64,000 nt of DNA, taken from positions 17,362,001 through 17,426,000 of the forward strand of contig NC_086118.1 in NCBI RefSeq assembly GCF_963921235.1, written 5' to 3'. A program made the position numbers and the translations under genes. This document shows positions 1 to 12,253 of this stretch, piece after piece; position 1 is the first letter of the stretch; each line of letters starts with the position of its first letter. The notes under the pieces were generated by a model. It was not told where the DNA came from. It did no database searches and saw nothing but the letters and a program-made list of their open reading frames with translations. The DNA is from Mobula hypostoma (Eukaryota).

Positions 1-207
1 AATGGCCAGACTGTTTCAAGCTGACCGGAAGGTGACAGTAACTCCAAGAACCATGTGTCACAACAGCGGAATGCAGAAGAGCATCTCTGAATGCACTACA
101 TGTCAAACCTTGAAGTGAATGGGCTATAGTAGCGGAAGACTATGAACATGCTTAGTGGCTACTTTATTAGGTACAGGAGGTAACTAGAAACATGTCCACT
201 GAGTGTA
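1..207 (+). mobile_element. Tc1/mariner-like non-autonomous DNA transposon, end portion (cut by the window edge)
   Basis: Matches the reverse complement of 22181-22712 (e.g. gcagaagagcatctctgaa vs ttcagagatgctgttctgc). Ends in TIR-like agtggctactttattaggtac...gtccactgagtg followed by TA. Confidence 0.7.
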
Positions 208-1096
208 ATCTGCCTCTGTTTGCACAGCACTGTTAGTATTACCAACCAGGACTTAACCAGGACCAGTGTTACTTATTTTGTTTAAATGGAGCAGAATAGG
301 AATACTGATATATGAATCATCAATGTTCCCATTCCCTTTGGTCTCTCCAATATTCTCTGTCCCATTCTTATCAACTTCATGGCCAGCCACCATGTAGGAT
401 GAACCAAACTGTTGGTTCACAATCTTGGTGTTATATCTGCTCTGTGTCTTGAGGTTTGGCAGACATAACATTCTGCCCATGCATTCCATTCAAAGGATTC
501 AAAGTAGATTGATTATTAAAGTGTATGTGCAGGATACAGCCCTAAGATTCACCTTCCCCACAGACAGCCATGGAATGAAGAACCATGGAACCTGTTCAAA
601 GAAAACACAATCAACGCTCCCCACGCACAAAAAAAAATTGGGCAAATGGAAACCAAAAAAAGAGAGCAGAAGCGTAGGATATAAAACACAGAATCAAAAG
701 ACATATTTCAGTTCAGCTCAGGGTTCATTATCTGCAGGCTGCCGCGATTCAACTCATTGAGTACTGAAACTGAGAAAATTGCCTTTGTTGCCCCAAGACA
801 ACTTTCTAATGCACGCCACGTTCCCATCATGTTTCCTATGCTTGAGATCAGCCATACTCTGTTATCTATGCTTCAACTTGAAACATGCTGACTGATATAG
901 GCTTCCAGTGTCAAGCAATGCTGCCATAGTAAACTTTTCATCCTTGCTTTCCAACACATCCATGACCTGATCACTTCCCATCTCTATAATCTCCAGGCCT
1001 ACAACCCTCTGAGATGTCTGTTCTGTTTCTCTTCTCCTCTGCATCCTCAATTTTATTTGTCCCACTATTGATAACCACAAGTTCAATTAGTTAGGA

Positions 1097-1192
1097 CCGC
1101 TGTACAACACTCGCCCCATATATCCCTCACAGTCTCTCTCTCCTCCGCTGTACAACGCTCGCCCCATATATCCCTCACAGTCTCTCTCTCCT
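1097..1192. repeat. 48-bp direct tandem duplication (2 copies)
   Basis: ccgctgtacaac(a/g)ctcgccccatatatccctcacagtctctctctcct at 1097 and 1145, one mismatch. Confidence 0.95.
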
Positions 1193-1529
1193 CCTCCAAG
1201 ACATGCCTATAACTTACCTATCTGACCAAGATACCATGCTGTCACAATTTATTTCATTATTTTATGATAAGAATGCAGTGTAAGTATATTTCATTTTTTT
1301 CCAGTAAGCAAGGCAATTAAATCCTAACTATTGGCTAGTCACATGAAATGGTTAACTGAGCTTTTGCTTTCCAGCTAGTCTGGCATTGAAGAAATCAGCA
1401 ACAAATATGATCCTAATCCCAATAATACTTTGTTTACATGTTCAATTCCATCAATTTTCTTGTAAAGGATTAGTTAAGATTTAACTAGTGTTATTGGAAA
1501 ATGCACTTCAGTTGAGTTCATTTGTCTTT

Positions 1530-1945
1530 ATGTCCAAAGGGCAATCTCTTTCCTCAAAGACAAATATGATTACAGTAGTTACGGAGAGGTCTTCGTACTG
1601 TCGGTCACAGGGAAAGCCTTTACCAGCGTCCCCCTCAGCTTCCTCCTCCCAGTGGCAAGAAAACTTCTCCATGAACCCTTTTAGATACAGCATTGACATA
1701 ATTTTCACTGTGCCCTAACTCCAGAATAGAGCACAATTGGTCACAGCTTTCATTGGCCTCACAAAAGCCTGTACATTGTCAATTCAAAGGGACTGTGGTG
1801 GACTCTTCTCAAATTTAGCTGCCTGTAATTTCCACCTATCCACTTGCCATTGGTTAGCATTCAAGCCATGACTGTAACCACACAGTCCATAACAGGCTCG
1901 TACTCAGTGTAGACTGGTGTCATGAAAGGCTGTGTGATTCCCATA
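1530..1945 (+). mobile_element. Very degenerate RTE-clade LINE RT fragment, probably continuing at ~2540-2800 and ~3735-4170
   Basis: Broken-frame motifs resembling NYRGISLLSVTGK (~1575-1618), DMIFT..Q, AFIDLTKAF..V....LW (~1745-1800) and TGVKQGCVI (~1914-1940). Confidence 0.55.
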
Positions 1946-2302
1946 TCAGGTAAAAGGTACCAGTGCCTCTGGACTGACACTGGCAGGTTCGAGAACAATT
2001 ACTGCCCCACAAACATCAGGCTCTTGAGCAAAATAGGATAACTACACTCATTCTACTTCCGGTGTTTCCGCAACCGATGGTCTCACTTTACGGAATCTTT
2101 ATCTTGTTATTTCATGCTCATTATTTATTGCTATTTATTTATATTTGCATTTGCACAGTTTGTTGTTCCCCATTGATCCTGTTTACAATTACTGTTCTAT
2201 AAATTTGCTGAGTATGCTTGCAAGAAAAAAAATCTCGGGGTTGGATGTGGTGACATCTAGGTACTCCGATAATAAATTTTACTTTTAACTTTGAATTTGA
2301 AC
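1946..2302 (+). mobile_element. Rex1/Babar-type LINE 3' end and 3' UTR
   Basis: C-terminal motif resembling GKRY..L.T.T.RF.N.Y.P..IRLL, then AATAAA and a short tandem tail (actttgaatttgaac). Confidence 0.6.
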
Positions 2303-2984
2303 ATTTCATTTCTTCATTGTTCTCACTGCTCTACACTTCTAAAAATCTTCTTGTTGAGGTTCAGCTAATCTCAAGTTTAAGTTTATTGTTGTAATCAGCA
2401 TATATACATAGGATATAAACAGAATGAAAATTAGCTTTCTGCAGCAGCGGCAGCATGATACATTACAGGACAAGGACAAACAAAAATTAACATAAACTGA
2501 ATGTTAATTATATATAACTTACATTTCTACAATCAAAAGGACAAGTAGATATTGCTCAACCAACTTTGACGTCAGTACAGAATCAACATTGCCCCAACTT
2601 CAGTCGTCAGACTATGCTTGTGTATGTATGCATCTCAAGGTTAAACTCTAAATAATCAATGCTCATTCAGAAACGTACAGGAAAATAGGCTTTACACTTA
2701 AAATACCTGCAATACAAATGCTCTCCAGTGGCTTGGCTCCACCACACAACATAATCTCACAAGACTCTGTAAAATACAAATAACTCTTGAGATCCCAAAA
2801 GATCTCTCAAAGAAGGCAGATATTTATTTCATTTTCATTTTCAGTGTGCCAGCATGGCCTTTCAATGTCTGAGGAAAAGAAATGTTTGAAGATCAAAACC
2901 TCAACCTGCCATGCACCTCCCAATCCACCATATCTGTATTTCTGGACAATTTCTGACAAACAACTGAAAACACTACAGCAATAT

Positions 2985-3735
2985 CAAGTCAAGTCAAGTT
3001 TATTTTCATTTAAATATATATGTGCATATAGCCTATATAACCATATAATTCATATAGAAAAGAGACAATGTTTCTTCAGACCTGAGTGTAAAGCATGGTA
3101 TACATAACACTCAATAACTTATGAAGGTAAGGATGAAATCTACGGATGAATCACACGGAAATAACAAACTAAAGTGCATTAATATTAAATATTGTAAGGT
3201 GTGGAACAGATTAACCAGTGACACTTTGAATACAATGCAGCAGCGAGTTCAGAAGCCTAACGGCCTGGGGGAAGAAACTGTTTCTCATCCTGTTTGTTCT
3301 TGTAAGGATGCATCGTAGTTTCCTGCCTGATGGTAGAAAGTCAAAGAAGATGCTGGATGGATGGGTTGGATTCTTAATATTACTAAAGGCCCTGTGTACA
3401 CAGCACTCCTGATAAATGTTCCCAGTGGATGATAGGGAGACCTCTATGATCCTCTCAGCTGTTCTCACAGTCCTTTGTAGGGACTTCTGGGCTGATGCTT
3501 GACTGATCCCATAACCGATGGAGATGCAATTTGTCAGGACGCTCTCAGTGATGCTCCTGTAAAACACAGTTACGAGGGAGGTGGGGGGAGCTTTGCTTGC
3601 CTTAATCTTCTTAGGAAGTGGAGGCACTGCTGTGCCTTCTTGTTCAGGGAGGTGACATTAAGGGACCAGCTGAGGTCATCTGTGATGTGAATTCCCAGGA
3701 ACTTGGTGCACTTAACTCTCTCTATGGAGGAGCCA
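2985..3735 (-). mobile_element. Rex1/Babar-type LINE, 5'-truncated
   Basis: ORF 3211-3627 has FYRSITESVLTNCI...LPSGRKLR...NSFFPQAVRLLN; tail appears as (tcaag)n at 2985. Confidence 0.8.
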
Positions 3736-4434
3736 TGTATTCACAGAGGGTAATACCAACACTGTCTTCACAGAATCTTCCAAATCAGTTGGTGGGATTA
3801 GTAAACTAGTTAATTAGTAAACATTAACTCCCAGGCCAACGTACTCACAGTGAGGCCCTAGTTCCGGTTGGTTCTGTTGTATAGGCTAAATTGCTCACAA
3901 ACCCAGTGCCAGACTATCTCCAACTCTCTTTGAAAAACTGTGAACATAACTAATTCATGTGAATTCCTGAACTATTTTGAATTAAAATATACGGAATTCA
4001 GGATGACACTGAAAACTTTGAGTCCACTAATCAGGGCCATAGAAGAGTAACCTCCCAAAGTGCTCACTGCCCATCAATCACATCCTGACTGGCAGAGTCA
4101 GCAGATCTCATATTGAGATCATCAGCTAAAGAAACCTGCATAAAAGCAAATCACCACAACACTGAGGGACTCCCCAAGAAAAAAATAATTTTGAATAAAA
4201 TAAGTTGGGTCTTTACTGGCAATTGGTTGAATGTCACCCCCTTTTGTTAAGTTTGAAGAGCTCTGAATTCAGATGATGGCTTATGGTGAAGAGCAAAGAA
4301 AGCATGAAATTGCCTCATTCAGCTCAGTCCTTCCATAGATAAAGACTTGCAAACTGAATATTCTCCACTAGAACCAGTGGTAGGATTTCATTGACTCAGA
4401 AGTTATACTTAATGAACCATTCTCAGGAGGTGAC

Positions 4435-4822
4435 TGTGGCACATAGCCAGCCTCCCCTCTATGGACTCTGTCTACACTTCACACTGCATCCAGTATAAAC
4501 AAAGACATCACCTGCGCTGGCCTTTCTCTCTTCTCCCTTCTCCCATCAGTCAGAAGATACAAAAGCCTGAAAATATGTCCTGCCAGCACAGGGACAGCTT
4601 CTATCCCACTAATATCAGACTCATGAGTGGAATTATTTTATGACTTGTGTGCACTTTATCATTTACCTGCACTGCATATTTTGATAACTTTTACATTTTA
4701 TTCTGCACTGTTATTGTTTTGCCTTGTACGACAATGCACTGTGTAATGATTTGATCTGTATGAACAGTATGCAAGACAAGCTTTTCACAGTCTGACTATA
4801 CAGAACCAAAACCAAAACCAAT
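4435..4822 (+). mobile_element. Rex1/Babar-type LINE 3' fragment
   Basis: DSVYTSHC...DSFYPTNIRL motif and (aaacca)n tail. Confidence 0.6.
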
Positions 4823-4884
4823 TCCTTGCCTCTCTGTATTTTGACTTTCATCAGAAAGTCTGCAGTGGTTCAAGATGAATACCC

Positions 4885-5200
4885 CAGTAGTTTAGCGGTT
4901 AGTGTGACTCGATTACAGATCGGGATGTTCCAGAGTTTGGAATTCAATTCCGGAGCCATTCTGTACACCGAAGTACATCCTCCCTGTGGCATGTGTGGGT
5001 CTTCCCCAGGCGCTCTGTTTCCTCCCACAGATGTGCCGGGTTGGTTAATTGGTCATCGTAAATTGTCCTGCGATTAGGTTAGGGTTAAATGGGCTTGTGG
5101 GGTTGCTGGGTGACGTGGCTCAAAGGGCTGTGGCTGGGTGGGCAGGGGGGGCTGCTGTGGTGCTACTCCATGATGTATCACCAATTATGTAAATAAGTAA
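4885..5200 (+). mobile_element. tRNA-derived V-SINE (HE1-like)
   Basis: A-box-like tagcggttag, B-box-like ttcaattcc, V-domain-like gggtcttccccaggcgctctgtttcctcccaca, then ttaattggtcatcgtaaattgtcc. Confidence 0.75.
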
Positions 5201-5542
5201 AGATGATCTGCCTGCACCAGCTCAAATGCATTTTGAGATGCGCGGTAAATGCTGGTCTTCCAGTGACACCCAGATTCCCCAAAAAAAAAAAAAATATATA
5301 GCTAATGTTCCACTCTGTTCAGTTCCATTAGAAAATCTGCTGATAATGAAGTTGGTTAAACTATGATGCAACAAAACTGGACAAGAGTCAATCTAATGAA
5401 AGCAGAATAGCGCACACATCACAAAATGGAGGTGTAACACCCATGACAGGCATTCAATAGCATCATTATCATCTAAATCTCTTTCTGAATTGAACTGCTG
5501 TATTGTTAGATCAAATCAGAGCTCAGTGAGCCCTCAAGGTTG

Positions 5543-5659
5543 AGCAAAATGCTGAAGAAACTCGGCAAGTCAGGCGGCATCTATGGAGAGGAATGAACAG
5601 TTAAGGCTTCAAGCTGAAACCCTTCAGGTTTCCAATATCTGCACAATCTCTTGTGTCTA
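5543..5659. mobile_element. Old PLE-derived mini fold-back element
   Basis: Minus-strand PLE 3' end up to a degenerate hammerhead core (...gaaacccttcagg, ~5628), then a plus-strand tail (tttccaatatctgcac). Degenerate flanking repeat ccctcaaggttg / ccctcaacattg. Confidence 0.6.
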
Positions 5660-6852
5660 TGACCCTCAACATTGCTCCTCTGTAGACTCCTAAAACTTCT
5701 CTGCTACCTCCAAAGCCCAAATAAGGACCATGATGGAAGACCCTTCTCTACTTCTTGAAAAGTAGCACCTCTCACATCCAAAACATTAGTCATCTAAAAT
5801 GATTGGGCCAGCAGTTGCCTAAAATTGTACCACTACCCTCAAATTGTAACCAATTCTGACAAGAACAAATATATTACACAATCCTTCATAGTCACTGGGG
5901 TAACATTCTAAAATTATCCACTTTTTAAGCACCTTGCGTGCTTGAAGACAACTCACCACAACTTTTCATGATCAATAAGTGATGGCATTAATTGACCCCA
6001 CAATCTGGAAATGAAACCAGAATGCAGCTACTTACTAGATGCAAATAGCCAATTCTTTGACCATGATGCAACAATTACGATCCCATCTACTTTATCATTA
6101 GATTATTTTTATCAAAACCTAACCCACTCTGTTGGGTAACAAATGAACTACGGATAATTATTGGTCCATGGTTACTTGCTATCTACTTGATGATTCCTGC
6201 AGCTTTCTAATGAAATGACTCCACTGTTCCACGCACCATTATGTTCATTATTGAGAAGGCGGGATAGTTGTGTTCATTTTTAAAAATAGGCAACAGGAGG
6301 GTTTCATGCTGACAGCTCTTGTTAAACACTGTGCTGTTGTGGAATGTAGGCATGAAGCCACTAAATTTAATTTCTAAAATATACAAAAAGATTATTTTGG
6401 ATATACCCAAGGTTTCTGAAAGGCATTTGCACCTTTTTTTGTCACTGAAGACCAAAGGTAAAACATACTATGCCAAGAAATTGCAGACTGTCAAGAGCAT
6501 TATGTATTCTGACACATTCTGTAAAATTGCTTTGATTTTTTATCCTTCAGTTGTGCTAATCTGAGCAATTGCACCTACCCAAGAATTTATAGGAAAAAGC
6601 ACTCTAAACTCAATAAAGTCTTATCCATTTTCAAACTTCAAATTAACAGTCTCTTTTTTTTAACATTCTACAGTATATCCCAGTCAGGCCACTCTTGAGA
6701 TATTTGTCTATTGGACACACTTAAACAATTTCAGCATTCTTTCTTGGTGAATTGAACAATTTTTTTTATCATTCCTGCACAAAAAATCTTCTTTCCAGTT
6801 TTTGAATTCATTTAGTATAACACTGTTCATCTATTAATCTACCATAACTATT

Positions 6853-7768
6853 TATCTATAAATTTGCTGATGATACAACCATCGTTGGTAGAATCTCAGA
6901 TGGAGATGAGAGGGCGTACAGGAGCAAGATATACCAGCTAGTTGAGTGGTGTTGTAGCAACAACCTTGCACTCAATGTTAATAAGACCAAAGAGCTGATG
7001 GTAGACTTCAGCAAGGGTAAGATGAGAGTACACAAACCAATCCTCAAAGAGGGATCAGAAGTGGAGAGAGTGAGCAGCTTCAAGTTCCTGGGTGTCAAGA
7101 TCTCTGATGATTTAACCTGGTCCCAACATACCAATGTAACTATAAAGAAGGCAAGACAGCAGTTAAATTATATTTCATGAGGAGTTTGAAGAGATTTGGT
7201 TTGTCACCTAAAACACTGGAAGACTTCTACAGATGTACCGTGGAGAACATTCTGACAGGCTGCATCACTGTTGTGGGGGGTGGGTGGGGGGGAGGCTGCA
7301 GCACAAGACCAAAAGCTACAGGAAGTTGTAAAATTAGTAACCTCCAACTTGGGCACTAGTCTTCGTAGTATCCGAGACATCTTCAAGGAACGGTTGCCTC
7401 AGAAAGGCGACATCCACTATTAAGGACCCCCATCATCCAGGGCATGCCCTCTTCTCATTGTTACCATCAGGAAGGAGGTACAGAAGCCTGAAAGCACATA
7501 TTCAGTGATTCAGGAATAGCTTCTTCCCCTCTGCCATCCAATTACTAAATGGACTTTGAAGCCATGAAAACTACCTCTCTTTTGTTAATAAATGTTATTT
7601 CTGTTTTGTACTATTTTAGTCTATTCAATATACATATATAACTTACATTATTGATTTACTTATTTTTTTCTTTCTATATTATCATATACTACATTGTACT
7701 GCTACTACTTAGTTAACAAATTTCACGGCACATGCCGGTGATAATACGCTGATTCTGATAATGATTCT
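6853..7768 (+). mobile_element. Rex1/Babar-type LINE, 5'-truncated
   Basis: YKFADDTTIVGRIS, KTKELMVDF, VERVSSFKFLGV, NSFFPSAI motifs; ctgatt-type tail. Confidence 0.85.
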
Positions 7769-8021
7769 TCATCCTCAATTTTGTCAATTAGTTAAATGCA
7801 AAGCTCAATAATTTCACTGTAAAGATCCCTCTTTCAAAGGGTGCTGATATTCTTATCTTTTCCTCTTAAGTTCCCTCCTGCGTGACATTACTCTCACTGT
7901 CTGTATCCGTTGAACATCTCCTAAGTCTCAATACCAAATGCAATTGTAATTAAGCCGGATTTAAAACATCTTCGGATATTTCACTTGAAGTGTTTTCCAG
8001 CATAGACTATAGCTATTTGAG

Positions 8022-8290
8022 TTTTATTTATTGAGATGTAATGCCCTTCAATCCACTCCATCAATATTTCCCACGTCTAACTGTAGCCTAATCACAGACA
8101 ATTTACAATGACTAGTTAACCTTCTAACCGGTATGTCTTTGGACTGTGGGAGGAAACTGGAGCACCTGGAGAAAGCCCTCGTGGTCACGGGGAGAACGTA
8201 CAAACTCCTTGCAGGCAGTGGCAGGAATTGAACCTCGGTCGCCAGTACTGTAAAGCATTGCGCTGACCACTACGTTACTGAGCCACCATA
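8022..8290 (-). mobile_element. V-SINE (HE1-like)
   Basis: Reverse-complement V domain gtctttggactgtgggaggaaactggagcacctgg; B box ggaattgaacc. Confidence 0.85.
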
Positions 8291-8334
8291 TATAATTAGT
8301 TATTTTATACTAATTTAAACATATTTATTACAGT

Positions 8335-8580
8335 ACCAGTGATCTCCTGGTACTGCCTGTAAGGAGTTTGTATGTTCTTCCCATGATCGACTGGGTTTCC
8401 TCTGGGTGCTGTGGTCTCCTCCTATGGTCCAAAGAAATACTGGTTGATGCATTAATTCGTCATTGCAAATTGTCCCATGCTTACGCTAGGATTAAACTGG
8501 GGGATTGCTATGCAGTCCAGCTTGAAGGGTCAGAAGGGGCTATTCTGAACTGTATCTCGATAAATAAAAAAATAATAAAT
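8335..8580 (+). mobile_element. V-SINE (HE1-like), 5' end degenerate
   Basis: gtaaggagtttgtatgttct...gggtttcctctgggtgctgtggtctcctcc...tccaaaga; A-rich tail. Confidence 0.75.
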
Positions 8581-10704
8581 ATTCTGTTGCAATCAGCAGA
8601 AATTGAAAATGGAAACTGGTAGGTAAATACAAATCAAAGTTTAGCCTGCTCCAAAGTGTTTTACAGTATGTTTAAGCCCATTTAGTCAAACCATCTTCAT
8701 GTGAATAGATTGGGTTAATTATCTTAAACTATTTATCACCCACTTTGCAGAGAATGAAAAGACATAGCATCCTACAGAAACCAGAAAAAAACTGATTTTG
8801 TCAAGATAGATCCAATGTAACATCAGGGTGTAAAGTCGTACAATGTTGAACATTCTTTCTATACTTTCTATACTTATACTGCGGAGTTTGCATAATCAGA
8901 TTTGCATATATTTGAAATGCTGATGTTTGTGTTTAGTCACCAGTAGTGGTAAAGGCAATGCTACTACTGTGGCATCGTAAAATCTACTGCGGCAATTTTA
9001 AAACTTCAATTGCAGTTTAAGAAAGAATAACAATAGTAAAGATGAGGACACATTTTTAAAGTCGTATAATGTGAAACATTCAAGTCATAGTGACCACTGA
9101 CACATCACAGTTTTCGAGCTAGCTGCCAAATCATGTTTTCAAACGGTATCCCTCCACTGGAATCTTTTTTCTGTTATCTCGGGTATAGGATTACCAATAA
9201 GGTCGCTCAATCACTTGCATTTCAGAATATAAAGACGTGTTGCCAATAATAAATAAAGAATTTACTTGAAGTTCTAAATCTTTCCTGGCTCCATTATTTT
9301 GCTTGAAAGAGAAGGCAAAGGGGTCAGACTGTGAAATTTATCCATTTTTCTTGGCAAATGTCCATTCTGCTTGTTAATGACAATCATCTTGGCTGCAATC
9401 TGACTCTAAAATATGTTCTTTAACTTCTTGGTCCTAACACAACAATTTTTCTCTCATATTTAGGTGCCTGAGGTTTCACCATTAATAATGACAAAGAGTG
9501 AGTCTATCAAAAATACCCTGATGAGTCATCGCCCATGTGTTTTTAACAATCTATCCCTGAAACATGTTGAAAAACAGTCTGCTCAGATTTGCATCTCCCA
9601 GGACAAAGAAAGTGAGGTAAATAAATTAAGTCAATGTTGTATGATAGACCTTGCTGAATGCTAATCATGCATTTAGATGAGATGTAGGGGTTTAAAACGC
9701 TTACAAACCTGCATTATATCTAATCGTTGACTTTCCAGGTCAACACCGAAATACAGAGTAAAAAATAGCTATTATCCTGTTTTCTTTTTTTGCAATAATT
9801 TCATCCTAGACATTTTTCTCCTTCAATTTTGATTGCTGACGAGACTGTTTCTAACTCCGTCCAAATCCACTGAGATGACTGGCTGAATTTTTATGAGGAT
9901 ATGTAATTGACCTGAAATTGACAAGCAAGTCAATGCAAAAGGAATGCTGCATTCTTAAAAATAATAAAATAGGTGCATTTTGTTATACTAACTGACATTC
10001 AACATAACTGCAGTGTTACATCAACTGAGGTAGTGTTCAACAACAGTATGCCTTAATATGGAACTGCTTGTGATGGAGTTGCAGATATTGTTACCAATGG
10101 CAAATTGAAATATATCTCTTCTAAATGGCTTGCTGTTTTCGAGAAAGGATTAATGTAAATCAGCTAAATGCACCTGCTATGTTCAATGTTGACGTAGTTG
10201 TGCATCTAGCTATAAATCTATAGGGAAATTCTGTTCAAAGTTTGATACAGAGGCTGCATGTGACAAGGTCCATGTGGCATCTTGCACTTCATTTAATCAC
10301 AGAGAACTGGAATCACCTTGAAGATTAAAAGCATTTCTTTCAATGTGGAAATTGTGATCCAGAATGTCCAGGTAGTGACGAATCACCTTCACTCTTCAAC
10401 TGACCTCTCTGACAGAACTTACTGTTCCTCTACCTCACTTACCTGGCACAGATGTACATTGGAGAGCTTTCTCAATGAGACCACTCCAATGTGGTGAGTG
10501 CAGTTCACCAAATGCAATGGAAACCTTCCTATCATGTTTGACATCACATGGCCGGGCCTGCTCATGGAAACGGATTAAGAGTCAAAAATATTCAAAACTA
10601 CTAAAAATTAATGAGAGTTTTTAAGTTACCTGTGAAAACATTTTAACAATAAAAATGCATCTAAAAATACAGTGGATTTTGGTTAATTGGGACACAATTC
10701 CATA

Positions 10705-11828
10705 AGTATGTGAACTTCCCGACAAGGGAAAAGAACACCTTGGATCAAGTCTACTGCAATCTTCCTCATGCATATAAAGCCAGCCCTCTGCCACATTTGG
10801 GACTCTCAGACCATCTGTCTCTGTCCCTGACCCCGACATATAAACCACTCACCTGTAGACAAAGACCATATATGAAGACAGTCAAAGTATCGACTAAGGA
10901 GGCTACCTCTGCCCTACAAGACTGCTTCGATAACACAGACTGGGAAGTTTTTGATGAAGGGGGAGATCTGGAAGGGCACACATCAGCTGTTCTTTCACAT
11001 ATAAACTTTTGTGCTGAGAATGTCATGGACACAAAGTCTGTTAAAGTGTTTCCCAACCAAAAACCTTGGTTCAATAGCATGGTGAGGATCTTGCTAAGAA
11101 CACGGGATGCTGCTTTTAAATCTGGGGATCTACAGGCCTATGGGCAGGCAAGAAGAGCCCTGAAAAGTGGCATCAGAGAGGCCAAGCGCAGATATAAACA
11201 GTGTATAGAGGAGCACTTCACCAATAACAACTCCAGATGTATGTGGCAGGGGATAAAGACCCTTACTGGCTACAAGGACAGCTATACAGTCACAAACTCC
11301 TCAGATAGGACACTGCCAGACACTCTGAACCAGTTCTTTTCTCGCTTTGACAGTCAGAATGGGGAAGTTGGCATCCAGTCAGCACTAACAGAGAAGGATG
11401 ACCCTATACAATTACACCAACACCAGGTCAGATCCGCCTGCGAGGAAAGCAGCTGGCCCAGATGGAGTCACCGGAAGGATTCTTAAGGACTGCACAGATC
11501 AACTAGCGGGAGTATTTTCTACCATCTTCAACCTCTCGCTACTACAGTCTGTAGTCCCCACCTGCATTAAGTCAGCCACAATAATACCCCTACCAAAGAA
11601 AAGTACAGCGAACTGCCTTCATGACTATCGCCCAGTTGCTCTAACTCCTATCATCATGAAATGTTTTGAGAGACTCATACTGTCTTGTACTAAGTCTGCC
11701 ATACCTGCTGACCTTGATAAATACCAGATTGCGTATCGTGCAAACAGATCGACAGAGGATGCAGTCACCACAGCTCTCCACACAGCCCTTACAAACCTGG
11801 ATCAGGGTAACACCTATGTAAGAATGCT
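10705..11828 (+). mobile_element. Rex1/Babar-type LINE ORF, upstream part (end of APE endonuclease into RT), interrupted by a PLE
   Basis: TLDQVY...HLGLSDH, FPNQKPWF, KAAGPDGV, DYRPVALTPIIMKCFERL, AYRANRSTEDA; reading stops at TYVRML at the TSD. Confidence 0.9.
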
Positions 11829-11925
11829 AACAACAGGAATTCTGCAGATGCTAGAAATTCAAGCAACATACATCAAAGTTGCTGGTGAACGCAGCAGGCC
11901 AAGCAGCATCTCTAGGAAGAGGTAC

Positions 11926-11961
11926 AGTTGACGTTTCAGGCCGAGACCCTTCGTCAGGACT
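11926..11961 (-). ncRNA. Minimal type I hammerhead ribozyme motif in PLE 3' UTR (left arm)
   Basis: Minus strand reads AGUC-CUGACGA-AGG-GUCUCGG-CCU-GAAA-CG-UC-AACU. Core intact; one mismatch in stem I next to the cleavage site. Confidence 0.7.
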
Positions 11962-12253
11962 AACTGAAGGAAGAGTGAGTAAGGGATTTGATAGTTGGAG
12001 GGGGAGGGGGAGATCCAAAATGATAGGAGAAGACAGGAGGGGGAGGGATAGAGCCGAGAGCTGGACAGGTGATAGGCAAAAGGGGATACGAGAGGATCAT
12101 GGGACAGGAGGTCCGGGAAGAAAGACAAGGGGGGGGACCCAGAGGATGGGCAAGGGGTATATTCAGAGGGACAGAGGGAGAAAAAGGAGAGTGAGAGAAA
12201 GAATGTGTGCATAAAAATGAGTAACAGACGGGGTACAAGGGAGAGGTGGGGCC

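Noticed and set aside
4885..4960. tRNA genes at SINE heads (also ~8220-8290 and ~62700-62770)
   Set aside because: The A/B boxes run into V-SINE bodies and no complete cloverleaf is evident.
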